A DNA stretch of 64,000 nt from a virus, in IMG/VR virus record IMGVR_UViG_3300030098_006570, positions 84,085 to 148,084 of that record; one strand, written 5' to 3'. Made by a program: the position numbers and the translations under genes. Below, in pieces: positions 10,489 to 20,278 of this stretch (the first letter of the stretch is position 1; every line of letters begins with the position of its first letter). The notes under the pieces were generated by a model, which was not told where the DNA came from, ran no database searches, and saw only the letters and a list, made by a program, of their open reading frames with translations.

Positions 10489-11187
10489 TTAAGTAGTGGC
10501 ATGAAATTCTTTATAGAGGGCCTCCCCTACTCTAAATTGCCACTCATAGTCAATATCAAAGCTTTCCAATTCATTTATAACTACTAGTTCCAAATTGGGA
10601 GGTGCGGCAGTATCCATCCAATAGCCCTCCCCTATAATATCTATACGACTTCCATAGAGACAATGAGCGGCCTCATAGACCGCATCAACATCCTTAGTGT
10701 CCATCCAGCTCCGTCCTTTCCAGTCAGTGAGGTGGTTTTTGTTTTGATCCCAGTAATAGGTTTTCTTTTCGGTCACGGCAAACGCTCCCTCATTCTCTGA
10801 GTGAATAAAAGACTCAATAAAGGTATCGATGGTAGAAACCTCCAGAAGAGGATTGCAGCCGCTCACCATAATCACATATTTATATTGAGGGGGGAGTTTA
10901 TCGTGCCATTCGAAAATGGTGGCTAAGCGCTTTTCTTCTAAGGCTGACTCTTGAGACCTCTCGAAGATATTAATTTGATGACGGCGACCGATCTCTTTGA
11001 TCGGTTCATCATAGGCGGAAAGAAAAATGTTTTCCCGCGGCAGAGACGTCAGTTTTTGTAGTTTACTAAAGAGAACATCGAGCAAGGTAGAACCAGCAAA
11101 TGGGCGCACCATCTTGTTGGGCACACGCTTGGAAGCCAAGCGCGATTGTACCATGAGAGCGATCTCGCTTCTATCTTTCGGCATCAC
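10489..11187 (-). CDS. CMP-nonulosonate synthetase (NeuA/PseF-type cytidylyltransferase) 1
   Basis: SRLASKRVPNK, CNPLL and DIDYEWQF motifs. Confidence 0.85.
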   Translation of the reverse strand: MMPKDRSEIALMVQSRLASKRVPNKMVRPFAGSTLLDVLFSKLQKLTSLPRENIFLSAYDEPIKEIGRRHQINIFERSQESALEEKRLATIFEWHDKLPPQYKYVIMVSGCNPLLEVSTIDTFIESFIHSENEGAFAVTEKKTYYWDQNKNHLTDWKGRSWMDTKDVDAVYEAAHCLYGSRIDIIGEGYWMDTAAPPNLELVVINELESFDIDYEWQFRVGEALYKEFHATT

Positions 11188-11597
11188 TGCTCTTCTCCCT
11201 CAAAAATGTAATATTGTTTGACGAACCCGCACCCCTCAAATAGACGTACGCTCGCCAGATTAGATATGTGAACAATTGCTTTGAGATCTTTCTTTTTTAG
11301 TTCTTGAGAAACATAAATGAGCATCTGTTTTCCCAAGCCTTTGCCCCGGGAGCCCTCGACCACAGCTATAGAGATATAGCCAGATGCATTGAACCCCACA
11401 TATCCCACGGGGGCCGAGTCTTCCAAACAAATATAATACTTATCACCATGCGCTTTCATATAGTTCCGATGTTCTTCGGCAGTAATCTCATGCGAATGCA
11501 TAGAGTTTTCTCGTGACACCTTATCGTTCTTAAGTTTGCGGATGAATGCCCAGTATGAAGGGTTATTTTTAACTATGTGTGCCACGCAATCCTTCAA
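11184..11597 (-). CDS. GNAT N-acetyltransferase (PseH-like)
   Basis: RGKGLG acetyl-CoA motif, NLASVRLFEGCGF; cluster context. Confidence 0.8.
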   Translation of the reverse strand: MKDCVAHIVKNNPSYWAFIRKLKNDKVSRENSMHSHEITAEEHRNYMKAHGDKYYICLEDSAPVGYVGFNASGYISIAVVEGSRGKGLGKQMLIYVSQELKKKDLKAIVHISNLASVRLFEGCGFVKQYYIFEGEEQ

Positions 11598-12150
11598 TCT
11601 GATGGATGGGGGTGGCCCACCCTTTTTCTAGAAGAGGCCAGTATTTCTCCAAATCGCGTTTATAGTGAAAGGAGCCCACCGATTCATCTTGTTTGGTAGG
11701 CGCGATGGCTTGGCTGCGGATGGCGGGCCAGCTCTCTCTAAATAAGTTTTCCATCTCCACTCGCAGACGCCCATATGTTTTCTCAAGCGTGTCTTCCTCG
11801 GGCCCGAAGGTGACCTCTTTCTGGGCAAGGAGGTCGCCCGTATCGATTCCTTCATCGATGAAGTGAATGGAAACGCCCCGGGGGGTGTTGTCCAAGAAAG
11901 ACCAAAAATTAGGATGATAACCGCGATTCCACGGCAAATAGGAAATATGTAAATTAATAACGCGATCTGGGTAGTGTTCCAAAAGAGGCGCCTTCAAGAT
12001 ATACTTATAACCATACGACACAATGAAATCCGGCGCCCAGGCAATTACATCGGGGGTAGCCACGCGCTGAGACGTAGCCCACACGGTGTCCTCTTCTTGG
12101 ATAAAATCTATCAGCGGACTGTCCTCATACCCCAAAAATAAAATTTTCAC
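11569..12150 (-). CDS. Sugar N-formyltransferase (Fmt-N fold)
   Basis: INLHISYLPWNRG and GVSIHFIDEGIDTGD. Confidence 0.88.
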   Translation of the reverse strand: MKILFLGYEDSPLIDFIQEEDTVWATSQRVATPDVIAWAPDFIVSYGYKYILKAPLLEHYPDRVINLHISYLPWNRGYHPNFWSFLDNTPRGVSIHFIDEGIDTGDLLAQKEVTFGPEEDTLEKTYGRLRVEMENLFRESWPAIRSQAIAPTKQDESVGSFHYKRDLEKYWPLLEKGWATPIHQIEGLRGTHS

Positions 12151-12160
12151 TCTTTCCTCC

Positions 12161-13183
12161 CTAATCTTGTGGTGGAGTGTCCAATAGAGAATACGCTAAA
12201 ATGCTATCTTCCGCGACCTCTTCGGTTACCACTCTTCCCAGTACCTCATAAAAATCCGACGCCGGTATCGATTCCTCTAGAAAAGGGCGTTTAGTCGTGA
12301 TGTTTTCGGTTGTGAGAACCTCTCCGGGAACCAAAGGCCGGGTGGCTATGATGGATCTCATTGCAGTTTTCATATTCTCTTCACTCGGCGTCAGGTTGCT
12401 GGTGCGTCGGTTCAAGCAGGTCTCTGCCGTGCGAATGTTGCTTACCATCTGCTGGAGTTCTAGAGGCTCGATCGCAAAGATATGATCGGGGCCTGGTAGC
12501 CGTTGAGAGAGGGTATAATGCTTTTCTACACAAGAAGCACCCAGAGCCACGGCGAGAGGGGGAGCTAAGATCCCCGGTGTGTGGTCGGAAAGGCCGACGC
12601 GCACTTCCGGATAGGCTGCTCGAAGGGTAGGGATTTGTAAGAGATTAATATCTTCGAAGGGGGTAGGATAAGCATTGTTGCAATGTAAAATGGTTACATC
12701 GGGAGTGGAGTTTTCCATAGTTACCCACTCCAGGAGATTAGCAACCGTCTCTACATTACTCCCAATGCCAGCTGATATCACCAAAGGGAGGCCAGTGCTA
12801 GCGACCATGCGTACAAAACGGGGATCGCTAGACTCAAATCCGGCAATTTTGATCCTTTTTACCCCCAGTGCAACGAGTTCATCAACCGCCCTCTCGTCAA
12901 AAGGGCTGGACATAAATTCAATTCCCACTTCATCGCAGTACGCCTTGAGGTCCTTTTGCCACTCTCGCGGGAGTTCAATGTCTTTGATAAGCTGCGTTAT
13001 ATTCTTATAGTTATAGAAATCAGGCGTATGCTTAGAATAGAGGGTTTCCGCTGTATAAGTCTGAAATTTTACCGCATCGGCACCCGCCTCGACAGCTGCA
13101 TCGATGAGAGCCAGGGCTTGGCCAAAATTTCGATTATGATTAGCGCCGGCTTCGGCGATAACAAAGGTACGAGTAGAAGTCAT
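12161..13183 (-). CDS. neuB: Nonulosonic acid synthase (NeuB/PseI family) 1
   Basis: IAEAGANHN, AVKFQTY, GLSDHT, EKHYTL, GPDH and C-terminal SAF domain. Confidence 0.92.
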   Translation of the reverse strand: MTSTRTFVIAEAGANHNRNFGQALALIDAAVEAGADAVKFQTYTAETLYSKHTPDFYNYKNITQLIKDIELPREWQKDLKAYCDEVGIEFMSSPFDERAVDELVALGVKRIKIAGFESSDPRFVRMVASTGLPLVISAGIGSNVETVANLLEWVTMENSTPDVTILHCNNAYPTPFEDINLLQIPTLRAAYPEVRVGLSDHTPGILAPPLAVALGASCVEKHYTLSQRLPGPDHIFAIEPLELQQMVSNIRTAETCLNRRTSNLTPSEENMKTAMRSIIATRPLVPGEVLTTENITTKRPFLEESIPASDFYEVLGRVVTEEVAEDSILAYSLLDTPPQD

Positions 13184-13896
13184 AATTTATTTTCCTTTTC
13201 AAACAGTTGGGAGTAAAGCGCTTCTGCCGCATCAAACTCCCATTGATAATCAATATCAATATATTGTGCTGAATCATAATGGAAGAGGGGCGGATCATTA
13301 GGTTTCTCAAAAGACCCCATATAAACGTGCCGTCCCACATCTTCCATGGTTCCGGCGCGCAGAGGGCCGCCGGAGTAAATAGGCTCGATAAATTTAGTGT
13401 TGAAAGTGCGGCGCGCTTCCTCGGATCCATAAAACGCTTGAAATTGGGATCCATCCTTACGGTAAAAGAAGCGGCGATGCTCTACCACTGAAAATAGGCC
13501 GCGCGAATCTGATTTTACAAAAGCTTCCACAAAGTTGTTCAAAGTTTCCACCTGTACTAGAGGATTGCATACATTCATAAGAATATAATGATCGTAATCG
13601 AGCTTATTCCACCAATCGAAAACCTCAGGCAATGTAAAAGGCTTGGTATCATCATTGCGAATTGAGGTTTCGTCACGTAGATAAACATTAATATTGTGAT
13701 TGTCAGCAATTTCTAAAAGTTCGGGATCGCGAGCAGAAAGATATAAATTCTCCGTGGGAAAAATAGACTCTTTTATCTTCTCAATTGCTACCTCCACCAG
13801 AGTACTTCCGGCGAATGGGTTGATGACTTTCCCTGGCAAACGCGAAGATCCAACGCGTGCTTGCAAAATAAAACAAATTCGATCTAAATTTTTCAC
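13180..13896 (-). CDS. CMP-nonulosonate synthetase (NeuA/PseF/SpsF-type) 2
   Basis: QARVGSSRLPGKV, CNPLV, DIDYQWEF; paralogue of 10489..11187. Confidence 0.85.
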   Translation of the reverse strand: MKNLDRICFILQARVGSSRLPGKVINPFAGSTLVEVAIEKIKESIFPTENLYLSARDPELLEIADNHNINVYLRDETSIRNDDTKPFTLPEVFDWWNKLDYDHYILMNVCNPLVQVETLNNFVEAFVKSDSRGLFSVVEHRRFFYRKDGSQFQAFYGSEEARRTFNTKFIEPIYSGGPLRAGTMEDVGRHVYMGSFEKPNDPPLFHYDSAQYIDIDYQWEFDAAEALYSQLFEKENKL

Positions 13897-14951
13897 CCTA
13901 CCTCATCCTCCGCCGTGATAATGTCCTCGTACCCTACCGCCTCGTTGCGGCGAATGTCTCTCGCAGCCACAGTTCCCAATAGATTGGGATAATGACTAGG
14001 ATCGAGTCCCGCATCTTCGGGCCGTTTACATGTAAGCATCTCCGACGTAATAACATCCCCTGCTCTAATATCTGCCGAAGCACAAATATGCTTGAAATAT
14101 TCTTTTCTATGCGCAAGATCATCGGCGCTGGGGATGATATCCATCGCGCCGAGGGACTTTTCAATATTTCGAATGTGGCCTACCCACTCGGCGAACTCGG
14201 CTGGTTCCTTCGAAATAATGTGATGATGGCCCGGAAGTGCATGACTCAGGGTTAGGCGCTTTTCAATAACTCTGGCGCCTAAACCGATGGCTACATAATC
14301 ATTGATGTCGTAAGAATTCGGTGAGGAAAAGCCTACCCGAACACCGAGTTGCTCCTTCATGTAGGGGATAGAGAGCATATTCATTTCTTCATGATGGGGG
14401 GTGTGATAATCATGTAATAAAATAACATCATTGTCTTTGAGGATGTCGAGGACGATTTTCAGCTCATCTTCGTAGACAGTGCCCACATCAATTATGATAG
14501 GCTCCTTAAGCTTGCTCATTTTTTCCCATAAGGGATAATCGCTCAGATCCCAAGCTCCCACCTTGTAGAGCAAGAAGTTCAACTCTTCGGCATAGTCTAG
14601 GCCTGCTTGACCTTCGATGCTGGCAAAGAGAAGGATATTTTCTTTATCCGCATAAGCTTTTATCTCTTTCCACTCGTCCAGGGTAAACCTCAAGGAGTCA
14701 AACATCTCAAACATATTTTCCGTAACCTTACCGCGCACGGTGTCATAAGTATATTCCACTGTGGGGTCGCTCATCAAATCATCTGGGAAATGGAGAACAA
14801 ACTTAACCGAGTCTGCACCAGCTTTTGCGGCGGCCGATATCAATTGTTTGGTTATATCCATATCATAATTGCAAGTAACTCCAATCTCAGCGATGATAAA
14901 AATATTTTTATCTCCTATAATTCGGTTACCAACTGTAAGCTCTGTGTTCAT
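13893..14951 (-). CDS. neuB: Nonulosonic acid synthase (NeuB family) 2, divergent
   Basis: IIAEIGVT, VKF, EKRLTL, PGHHH and SAF domain; GGAG RBS before ATG 14951. Confidence 0.85.
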   Translation of the reverse strand: MNTELTVGNRIIGDKNIFIIAEIGVTCNYDMDITKQLISAAAKAGADSVKFVLHFPDDLMSDPTVEYTYDTVRGKVTENMFEMFDSLRFTLDEWKEIKAYADKENILLFASIEGQAGLDYAEELNFLLYKVGAWDLSDYPLWEKMSKLKEPIIIDVGTVYEDELKIVLDILKDNDVILLHDYHTPHHEEMNMLSIPYMKEQLGVRVGFSSPNSYDINDYVAIGLGARVIEKRLTLSHALPGHHHIISKEPAEFAEWVGHIRNIEKSLGAMDIIPSADDLAHRKEYFKHICASADIRAGDVITSEMLTCKRPEDAGLDPSHYPNLLGTVAARDIRRNEAVGYEDIITAEDEVG

Positions 14952-15604
14952 TTTATCTCCCTTATTAGTTGAAATTTTTCCGCATATTCCAGGCCGACCT
15001 GGGAACCCCAAAATTTCATCGTATTCTCTACATGTTGATAGCTGCGGGCATGCGGATGGCCCCTCATTTCTTCCTCATAGCATTCCTTTAGACATGTTAT
15101 TTTTTTATCTTTATATTTGGTGACATCAAAATAAACTGTTCCCCTAAAAGAATTGAGAGGATTATAGTCAGTGGACGAGGGAACATAATACGAATAGATT
15201 TTAGTATGATCTCCTCCTTGGGGGCGAAAGACCGTAATCGTGGCCCTATAGACTACCGAATGGTCTATATTCAAACAATCCGGATGATGAGTAAAAATAA
15301 CATCTGGTTTAAAATTAATATTGTTTTCGATAAATCGACACACCTCTAAGAGAGGTACCGAATCCATTTGGTTATCCGGGAAAGATCCATAATTATGGCT
15401 ATGGATACCCAACGTATCGGCTACGGATTTAAGCCTATAATTCCGATTCTGAGCATCAGGGGTCATCCAGGCTCGAGCGCTGATACCATCCGTAAAGGTC
15501 AACAGGTGAACGCGATGTCCCTCTGCACTCAGCCGCGCTATGGTGGCGCCACACCCAAAAGTTTCATCATCAGGGTGGGCCGCTAAAACTAAAATATTCT
15601 TCAT
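14948..15604 (-). CDS. PIG-L/LmbE-family de-N-acetylase
   Basis: AAHPDDE and D-x-N-x-DH motifs. Confidence 0.9.
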   Translation of the reverse strand: MKNILVLAAHPDDETFGCGATIARLSAEGHRVHLLTFTDGISARAWMTPDAQNRNYRLKSVADTLGIHSHNYGSFPDNQMDSVPLLEVCRFIENNINFKPDVIFTHHPDCLNIDHSVVYRATITVFRPQGGDHTKIYSYYVPSSTDYNPLNSFRGTVYFDVTKYKDKKITCLKECYEEEMRGHPHARSYQHVENTMKFWGSQVGLEYAEKFQLIREIK

Positions 15605-15610
15605 CTTCTC

Positions 15611-16306
15611 TCAAACCTCAATCAGTCTTTTAACATTTTCAACACCTATATTGAATAGTATATCATAAAATCCCATCCAAGGCACGAAGTTTTCCATGTT
15701 GTGTTGTGAATGGGGGGGCGTTTCGGCGTCATGATAAATGAGCCCTATTTCAGTGCCTCCAAATACATCTTCCACCCCATAATCTTTAGCCGGGTGGCCA
15801 CAAATATAATGAGTAGCCCCCACTTTTTTACAGAGATTCACAATTTTATGGGGCCCCTTTGCATCCACGCTTAGGCTGCTGGACTTAAGAAGCTCAACCT
15901 CAAAACCTAGTAGATTACATGTCAGCTCCAAGAGATGGAGTGTAACCTCCGTGTAATCAAAATTGAACTTTTCAACCACTGTGTCCAATTTATCATAAAA
16001 CATATCTAATATTTTACCGTCATAGTGGGGATGGTTAGAATAAGCTCGACGGAGTTGATCGCGGTGATGTCCTATCCACTCCAAATTAGCTATTTCGGAC
16101 TCAGAAATCAGAGCCCGCGACGAGGAGGAAATCGGAATGGTGAGCCAGGTGGGACGGCCGTCGAGTAAGATCTTGTTGCGATTTTCAAATGCACGTGATT
16201 GACGCTGTACATCGTCGAGAACTATAAAGAGGTCGGCCTGATAGAGACGCTGAATATAACTCAATATGGGAATGTATCGCGGTTGGGTTATGACAACAGA
16301 TTTCAT
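15611..16306 (-). CDS. WbqC-family protein
   Basis: QPRYIP, FIVLDDVQ, FENRNKI, WLTIP. Confidence 0.88.
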   Translation of the reverse strand: MKSVVITQPRYIPILSYIQRLYQADLFIVLDDVQRQSRAFENRNKILLDGRPTWLTIPISSSSRALISESEIANLEWIGHHRDQLRRAYSNHPHYDGKILDMFYDKLDTVVEKFNFDYTEVTLHLLELTCNLLGFEVELLKSSSLSVDAKGPHKIVNLCKKVGATHYICGHPAKDYGVEDVFGGTEIGLIYHDAETPPHSQHNMENFVPWMGFYDILFNIGVENVKRLIEV

Positions 16307-17172
16307 TCATTCCCAGCCAATTCGGATAGAAGAGCGGAGATTCGCCCATCATGCTCATTAACTCGACCCATCAGCTTTCTGGCTTCAGTTGGCGCATGTG
16401 TAAAGGCCAAGCGAAGAATATCCATCCAATTCACATTATTCTTGCTACGGATCTCCTGTACCTCATCGAGGATTTCGAGGTCGCTCCTTTTTTGGGTGGC
16501 ACCAGTTTCCTTGGTGACCAGAAAGCTCACCTCCACCGAACCGCAGCAGTAGCCATGATTTTCACCTACTGTGACGCGCTCGCAGGTCGTAAATCCGACG
16601 TCCTTGGCGATCTTCGCAATGTCCCCATATTTCATCCAGAGTACATTCCACTCTCTGGCGCGCTCATTCCCTTCGTTCTCTCGCTTTTCGATATCATAGC
16701 CATGATAAACAAGGGCCTTACCTCCCTCTTCTAAGAGATTGTAAATGTTTTCCATACTGGTCTGTAACCCTGCATCATTGAGATAGGGAAAGACAGCGCC
16801 ACAAATAATTTTATTGAACTTTTTACCCTCTAGGTTGGAAAGATGAGGCAACGAATCTTGAATGGCTTCCATCTTGTGACTGTTCCCCGTCTTTCGGGCC
16901 CACTTATTAAAATTGTTTACATAATTAGCATAGGGTTCGACCAGGGTTAGAGAGGTGAAGCGCTCGCTATCTAATTGTTTGATAAAATGACCCGTACCTC
17001 CTCCAAGGTCCAAGATGGTATCACCATCTTCAAAAGACAAAAACTTGTCAATGTCATCTCCAATACTGGCAAAAACCGAATCAGGATAGGCCCCGCGGCC
17101 ATGGGCAATTTTATAATCGGAGTAGCTGCTTCTCTCACTCCAATATTTCTTCCATGTTTTTTCTCTTTCCAT
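16303..17172 (-). CDS. Class I SAM-dependent methyltransferase with extra C-terminal helical domain
   Basis: ILDLGGGTG motif I; C-terminal RSKNNVNWMDILRLAF segment. Confidence 0.8.
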   Translation of the reverse strand: MEREKTWKKYWSERSSYSDYKIAHGRGAYPDSVFASIGDDIDKFLSFEDGDTILDLGGGTGHFIKQLDSERFTSLTLVEPYANYVNNFNKWARKTGNSHKMEAIQDSLPHLSNLEGKKFNKIICGAVFPYLNDAGLQTSMENIYNLLEEGGKALVYHGYDIEKRENEGNERAREWNVLWMKYGDIAKIAKDVGFTTCERVTVGENHGYCCGSVEVSFLVTKETGATQKRSDLEILDEVQEIRSKNNVNWMDILRLAFTHAPTEARKLMGRVNEHDGRISALLSELAGNE

Positions 17173-17196
17173 AAGAATCTTATCTCCTTTTCTTTC

Positions 17197-18141
17197 TTAT
17201 AAATTTAGCGCTTCGTCGAAGCTAATATAAGGAACCACTTGATTTATCAAAGTGTATGTGTCATCGAAAACACTGTAAATTTCCATCTGATGCAGGTGTT
17301 GCAGATCTACCCATTTTTTAACGAACCCGAGCGACACATCACGCTGATCTTCTTGCTCTGCAGCGTGGGCGGCCGGACGCGAGGCTCCAAAATTAGAGGC
17401 CTCTAGAGTGTTGCGTAAAACCACATCTTCATCGATTTCCCAAAAACGGGCGCCCACAAAATCAAACCCCATTATCATCACCCGTCGCGCTTTCAAAAAC
17501 TGCGCTAAGGGAAAAATAGCGCTTGAGACCTTATTTTCTAGTCCCCATTTGCGCGCCATCGTATAGGGAGGAAGAAAAACCTGCTCTCCATCAAAGGCGG
17601 CCGTGCCGAAAACAATGGGGCCCTCCGTTTCAAAGCGATTTTCAAAATCCCCTACGCAATAGGTATCATCAGGAGTCGTCGTATTGAGCCCCATGGTCTG
17701 TTGATACTTGGTGGTAGTAGCTTTAAACACTGTCACTTTGATCCCGATATGTCTAACTTGATCCAAAAGCTCTAAATACTCGTCCCAACTACAGGTCCGA
17801 TGCTCATCATCTACTCGATCTGGAGCGGTAGGGGTGGTTCCCCCATACAAGCGATAATATGCATAATTGTCGGCTAAAAAGTGAGGAACCAAAATTTCTA
17901 TATTCATCAATCTTTCATACTGGGGGGCCGTCGAGGGCACCGTCAGTAAAAATCTAAGACCTTCGGCTGCAGAGTTAGGGTCCATCCACGCCCAGTAATC
18001 GGGGACCACATTATAAAATTTATATTCCAGTGGAAAGGTCCGCTGGAACGAAAGAATCTTGTCACCGCTGCGTCGCAGTTTTTCCAGCTCTTCTTTGTGG
18101 TAGGCAATAGACTCACCAGTTCCCAGGACCCATAATTTCAT
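17197..18141 (-). CDS. Maf/DUF115-like putative nonulosonate transferase
   Basis: N-terminal VLGTGES, PDYWAWMDP, C-terminal IMGFDF, as in the Maf/CstII-like fold. Confidence 0.6.
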   Translation of the reverse strand: MKLWVLGTGESIAYHKEELEKLRRSGDKILSFQRTFPLEYKFYNVVPDYWAWMDPNSAAEGLRFLLTVPSTAPQYERLMNIEILVPHFLADNYAYYRLYGGTTPTAPDRVDDEHRTCSWDEYLELLDQVRHIGIKVTVFKATTTKYQQTMGLNTTTPDDTYCVGDFENRFETEGPIVFGTAAFDGEQVFLPPYTMARKWGLENKVSSAIFPLAQFLKARRVMIMGFDFVGARFWEIDEDVVLRNTLEASNFGASRPAAHAAEQEDQRDVSLGFVKKWVDLQHLHQMEIYSVFDDTYTLINQVVPYISFDEALNL

Positions 18142-18227
18142 GGTTTGTGATCTCTTTGTATGTTCAAGTACATCTGCTTTATTCTACTCTATTCTGCGCG
18201 GGATTTAAATACGATTATAAAGAATTT

Positions 18228-19232
18228 TCACGGTTCCGGCGAATATAGAGGGAGATTGAGGATAGTGGAATGAACCTCTTCTAAAAGGGGTAAACAGTGT
18301 TTCTCTACTGAAGACCAATAAGCGGTAGTGTGAAGCATGGGATAGTGGCGCGCTACTCCGATTCTCTCTGTCAAGGCCTCTGCATTATCCACCAAAGTGG
18401 TTCCCAAATAATAAGAAGAATGGGAATCTTGGGGGAGTAATGTAAATTCTTCGCCCCACCTTTCATAGTTAGTTTTGCGCTCGGCTAATTGTGCTGCGTA
18501 ACGAGGCAACTGCGTAAGCGCTACTGTTGCGCTTAAGTTATTCATATAAAATTTAAACCCCTCCTGGGTGATGTCATAAGAGGACCCAGAGGTCACGCGC
18601 CCAAAATTGCGATAAGAGCGGAAATAATTTTCCGCCGCCGAATCGTTGGTGCCAATAAGGCCGCCGTCGGGACTACATATGGGCTTATAAGGATGAAAAG
18701 AGAAAAATACAAAATCAGATTTGATCGTAGGAGTCACGCAATGGGCGCTATCTACCACCACTACCTCATCTCCATAAGGTTCAAAATCTTCAATATTACT
18801 CACACCCCCATAAAGGACCGGCATGAGAACAACCGGCAGGGAGGGTTTCTGCAAAGAAACTGCAAGGCGCCTCTCTTTATAAGAAGTTGTCGAAAATTGG
18901 AGATCTTTATTCACATCCACAAATATGACCCGATGGCCATTTTGCCGCGCGGCCCAGGCGGGAGATGTAAACCCGAGGGATGTGGTATAAACATCACACG
19001 GGCCTTTAAGTGCGAAAAGATAAGCGAAAATCATATAGGCTGCAGCGCTAGCGGAATTTGTGGCAATATTGTAAGATTTATGTGAAAAAGATGTAAACTG
19101 ATTTTCAAATTCTGTAACGTTGGGACCGAAACCGAGGGCGCCCTTTTGGAGAACCTCTATAATAGAGGGCAGATCTTCAGCAAGTATAGAAGAATCAAAG
19201 GCCTTCATTTTAGAAGATATCTTCATAAACAT
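18228..19232 (-). CDS. DegT/DnrJ PLP sugar aminotransferase (PseC-like)
   Basis: NSASAA, DSAH, FSFHPYKPI (PLP lysine), GGLI. Confidence 0.88.
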   Translation of the reverse strand: MFMKISSKMKAFDSSILAEDLPSIIEVLQKGALGFGPNVTEFENQFTSFSHKSYNIATNSASAAAYMIFAYLFALKGPCDVYTTSLGFTSPAWAARQNGHRVIFVDVNKDLQFSTTSYKERRLAVSLQKPSLPVVLMPVLYGGVSNIEDFEPYGDEVVVVDSAHCVTPTIKSDFVFFSFHPYKPICSPDGGLIGTNDSAAENYFRSYRNFGRVTSGSSYDITQEGFKFYMNNLSATVALTQLPRYAAQLAERKTNYERWGEEFTLLPQDSHSSYYLGTTLVDNAEALTERIGVARHYPMLHTTAYWSSVEKHCLPLLEEVHSTILNLPLYSPEP

Positions 19233-19303
19233 GCTCCCCCGAGTTATTGGTCATTATATATTTACGAGCACCGGCGCCCTGGGACCAATATTCCTCTTGT
19301 GGA

Positions 19304-20278
19304 TTAGTTGGCATCGCCCAATCCCCGCTCAATCAGTCGCACTAATTCATCCACATTATCACTCATATGCAATGCGGAGTTGAACTCCGGGCCATCATAG
19401 GACGCCCAGGCTGTCCGAGCGGTGCGATTAGTATATTGAGGGCGTACGCCCAACAGATTGAGGCCGGGGACCGCGTAAGTAAACGGTAATTCGGTGGCGG
19501 CGAGCATATCTTCGTGAAGTTTCTCTCCAGGTCGCAGCCCGATCAATTCATAGTCGACAGGGGCGCCGTGCAACTTCTCCACGGCTTTAATAATTGTAGT
19601 CATATCATAAGAGCAGATCTGGGGAATAAAAACTTCGCCACCCTCGGCATTTTCGAGGGCGCCCAGGACCGTATCCACTGCATCTTCGAGGGTAAACAAA
19701 AAGCGGGACATCTCAAGCGACGTCACTTTGATATTCTTCCCCTCCCCAAGAAGACCGAGCCATAGAGGGATAAAAGATCCGCGGGACGCAATCACATTTC
19801 CATATCTCACTGATGCAAAGATGGTTCCTTCGGATTGATAGTCATAGTTGGTGTAGAGTCGTTCTGCGATAAACTTTGAGGACCCATAGACGTTGACCGG
19901 TTGGCAGGCCTTATCGGTGGAAATAAGAATACACTTTTTCACCATGTTCAAAAGAGCGGCCCGGGCCACATTTTCGGATCCAGCAATATTAGTTTTTACA
20001 CACTCATCCGGGTAGAATTCCATATCATCAATACGTTTGAGAGCGGCGGTGTGGATAACATAGTCGGGCTTGAAGCGCTTCATTGTAACATTGAGTTTAT
20101 CGAAATCTCGTACGTCCCCAATGACGCGTATAACCTCAGGTAATGGCCCAAAGGAAAGGGCTTGTTTGCCTTCGTCACGGCTAAACACCACTATCTTATT
20201 CAAAGGATCTTTGAGTAGGCGTTTGATGAGGGCTTTTCCAAGCGATCCCGTGCCGCCCGTAATCAAGTATGTTGTCAC
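19304..20278 (-). CDS. pseB: UDP-GlcNAc 4,6-dehydratase (PseB/FlaA1-like)
   Basis: TGGTGSLG, SRDE, STDKA, YGSSK, RYGNVIASRGS, RPGEKLHE. Confidence 0.85.
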   Translation of the reverse strand: MTTYLITGGTGSLGKALIKRLLKDPLNKIVVFSRDEGKQALSFGPLPEVIRVIGDVRDFDKLNVTMKRFKPDYVIHTAALKRIDDMEFYPDECVKTNIAGSENVARAALLNMVKKCILISTDKACQPVNVYGSSKFIAERLYTNYDYQSEGTIFASVRYGNVIASRGSFIPLWLGLLGEGKNIKVTSLEMSRFLFTLEDAVDTVLGALENAEGGEVFIPQICSYDMTTIIKAVEKLHGAPVDYELIGLRPGEKLHEDMLAATELPFTYAVPGLNLLGVRPQYTNRTARTAWASYDGPEFNSALHMSDNVDELVRLIERGLGDAN

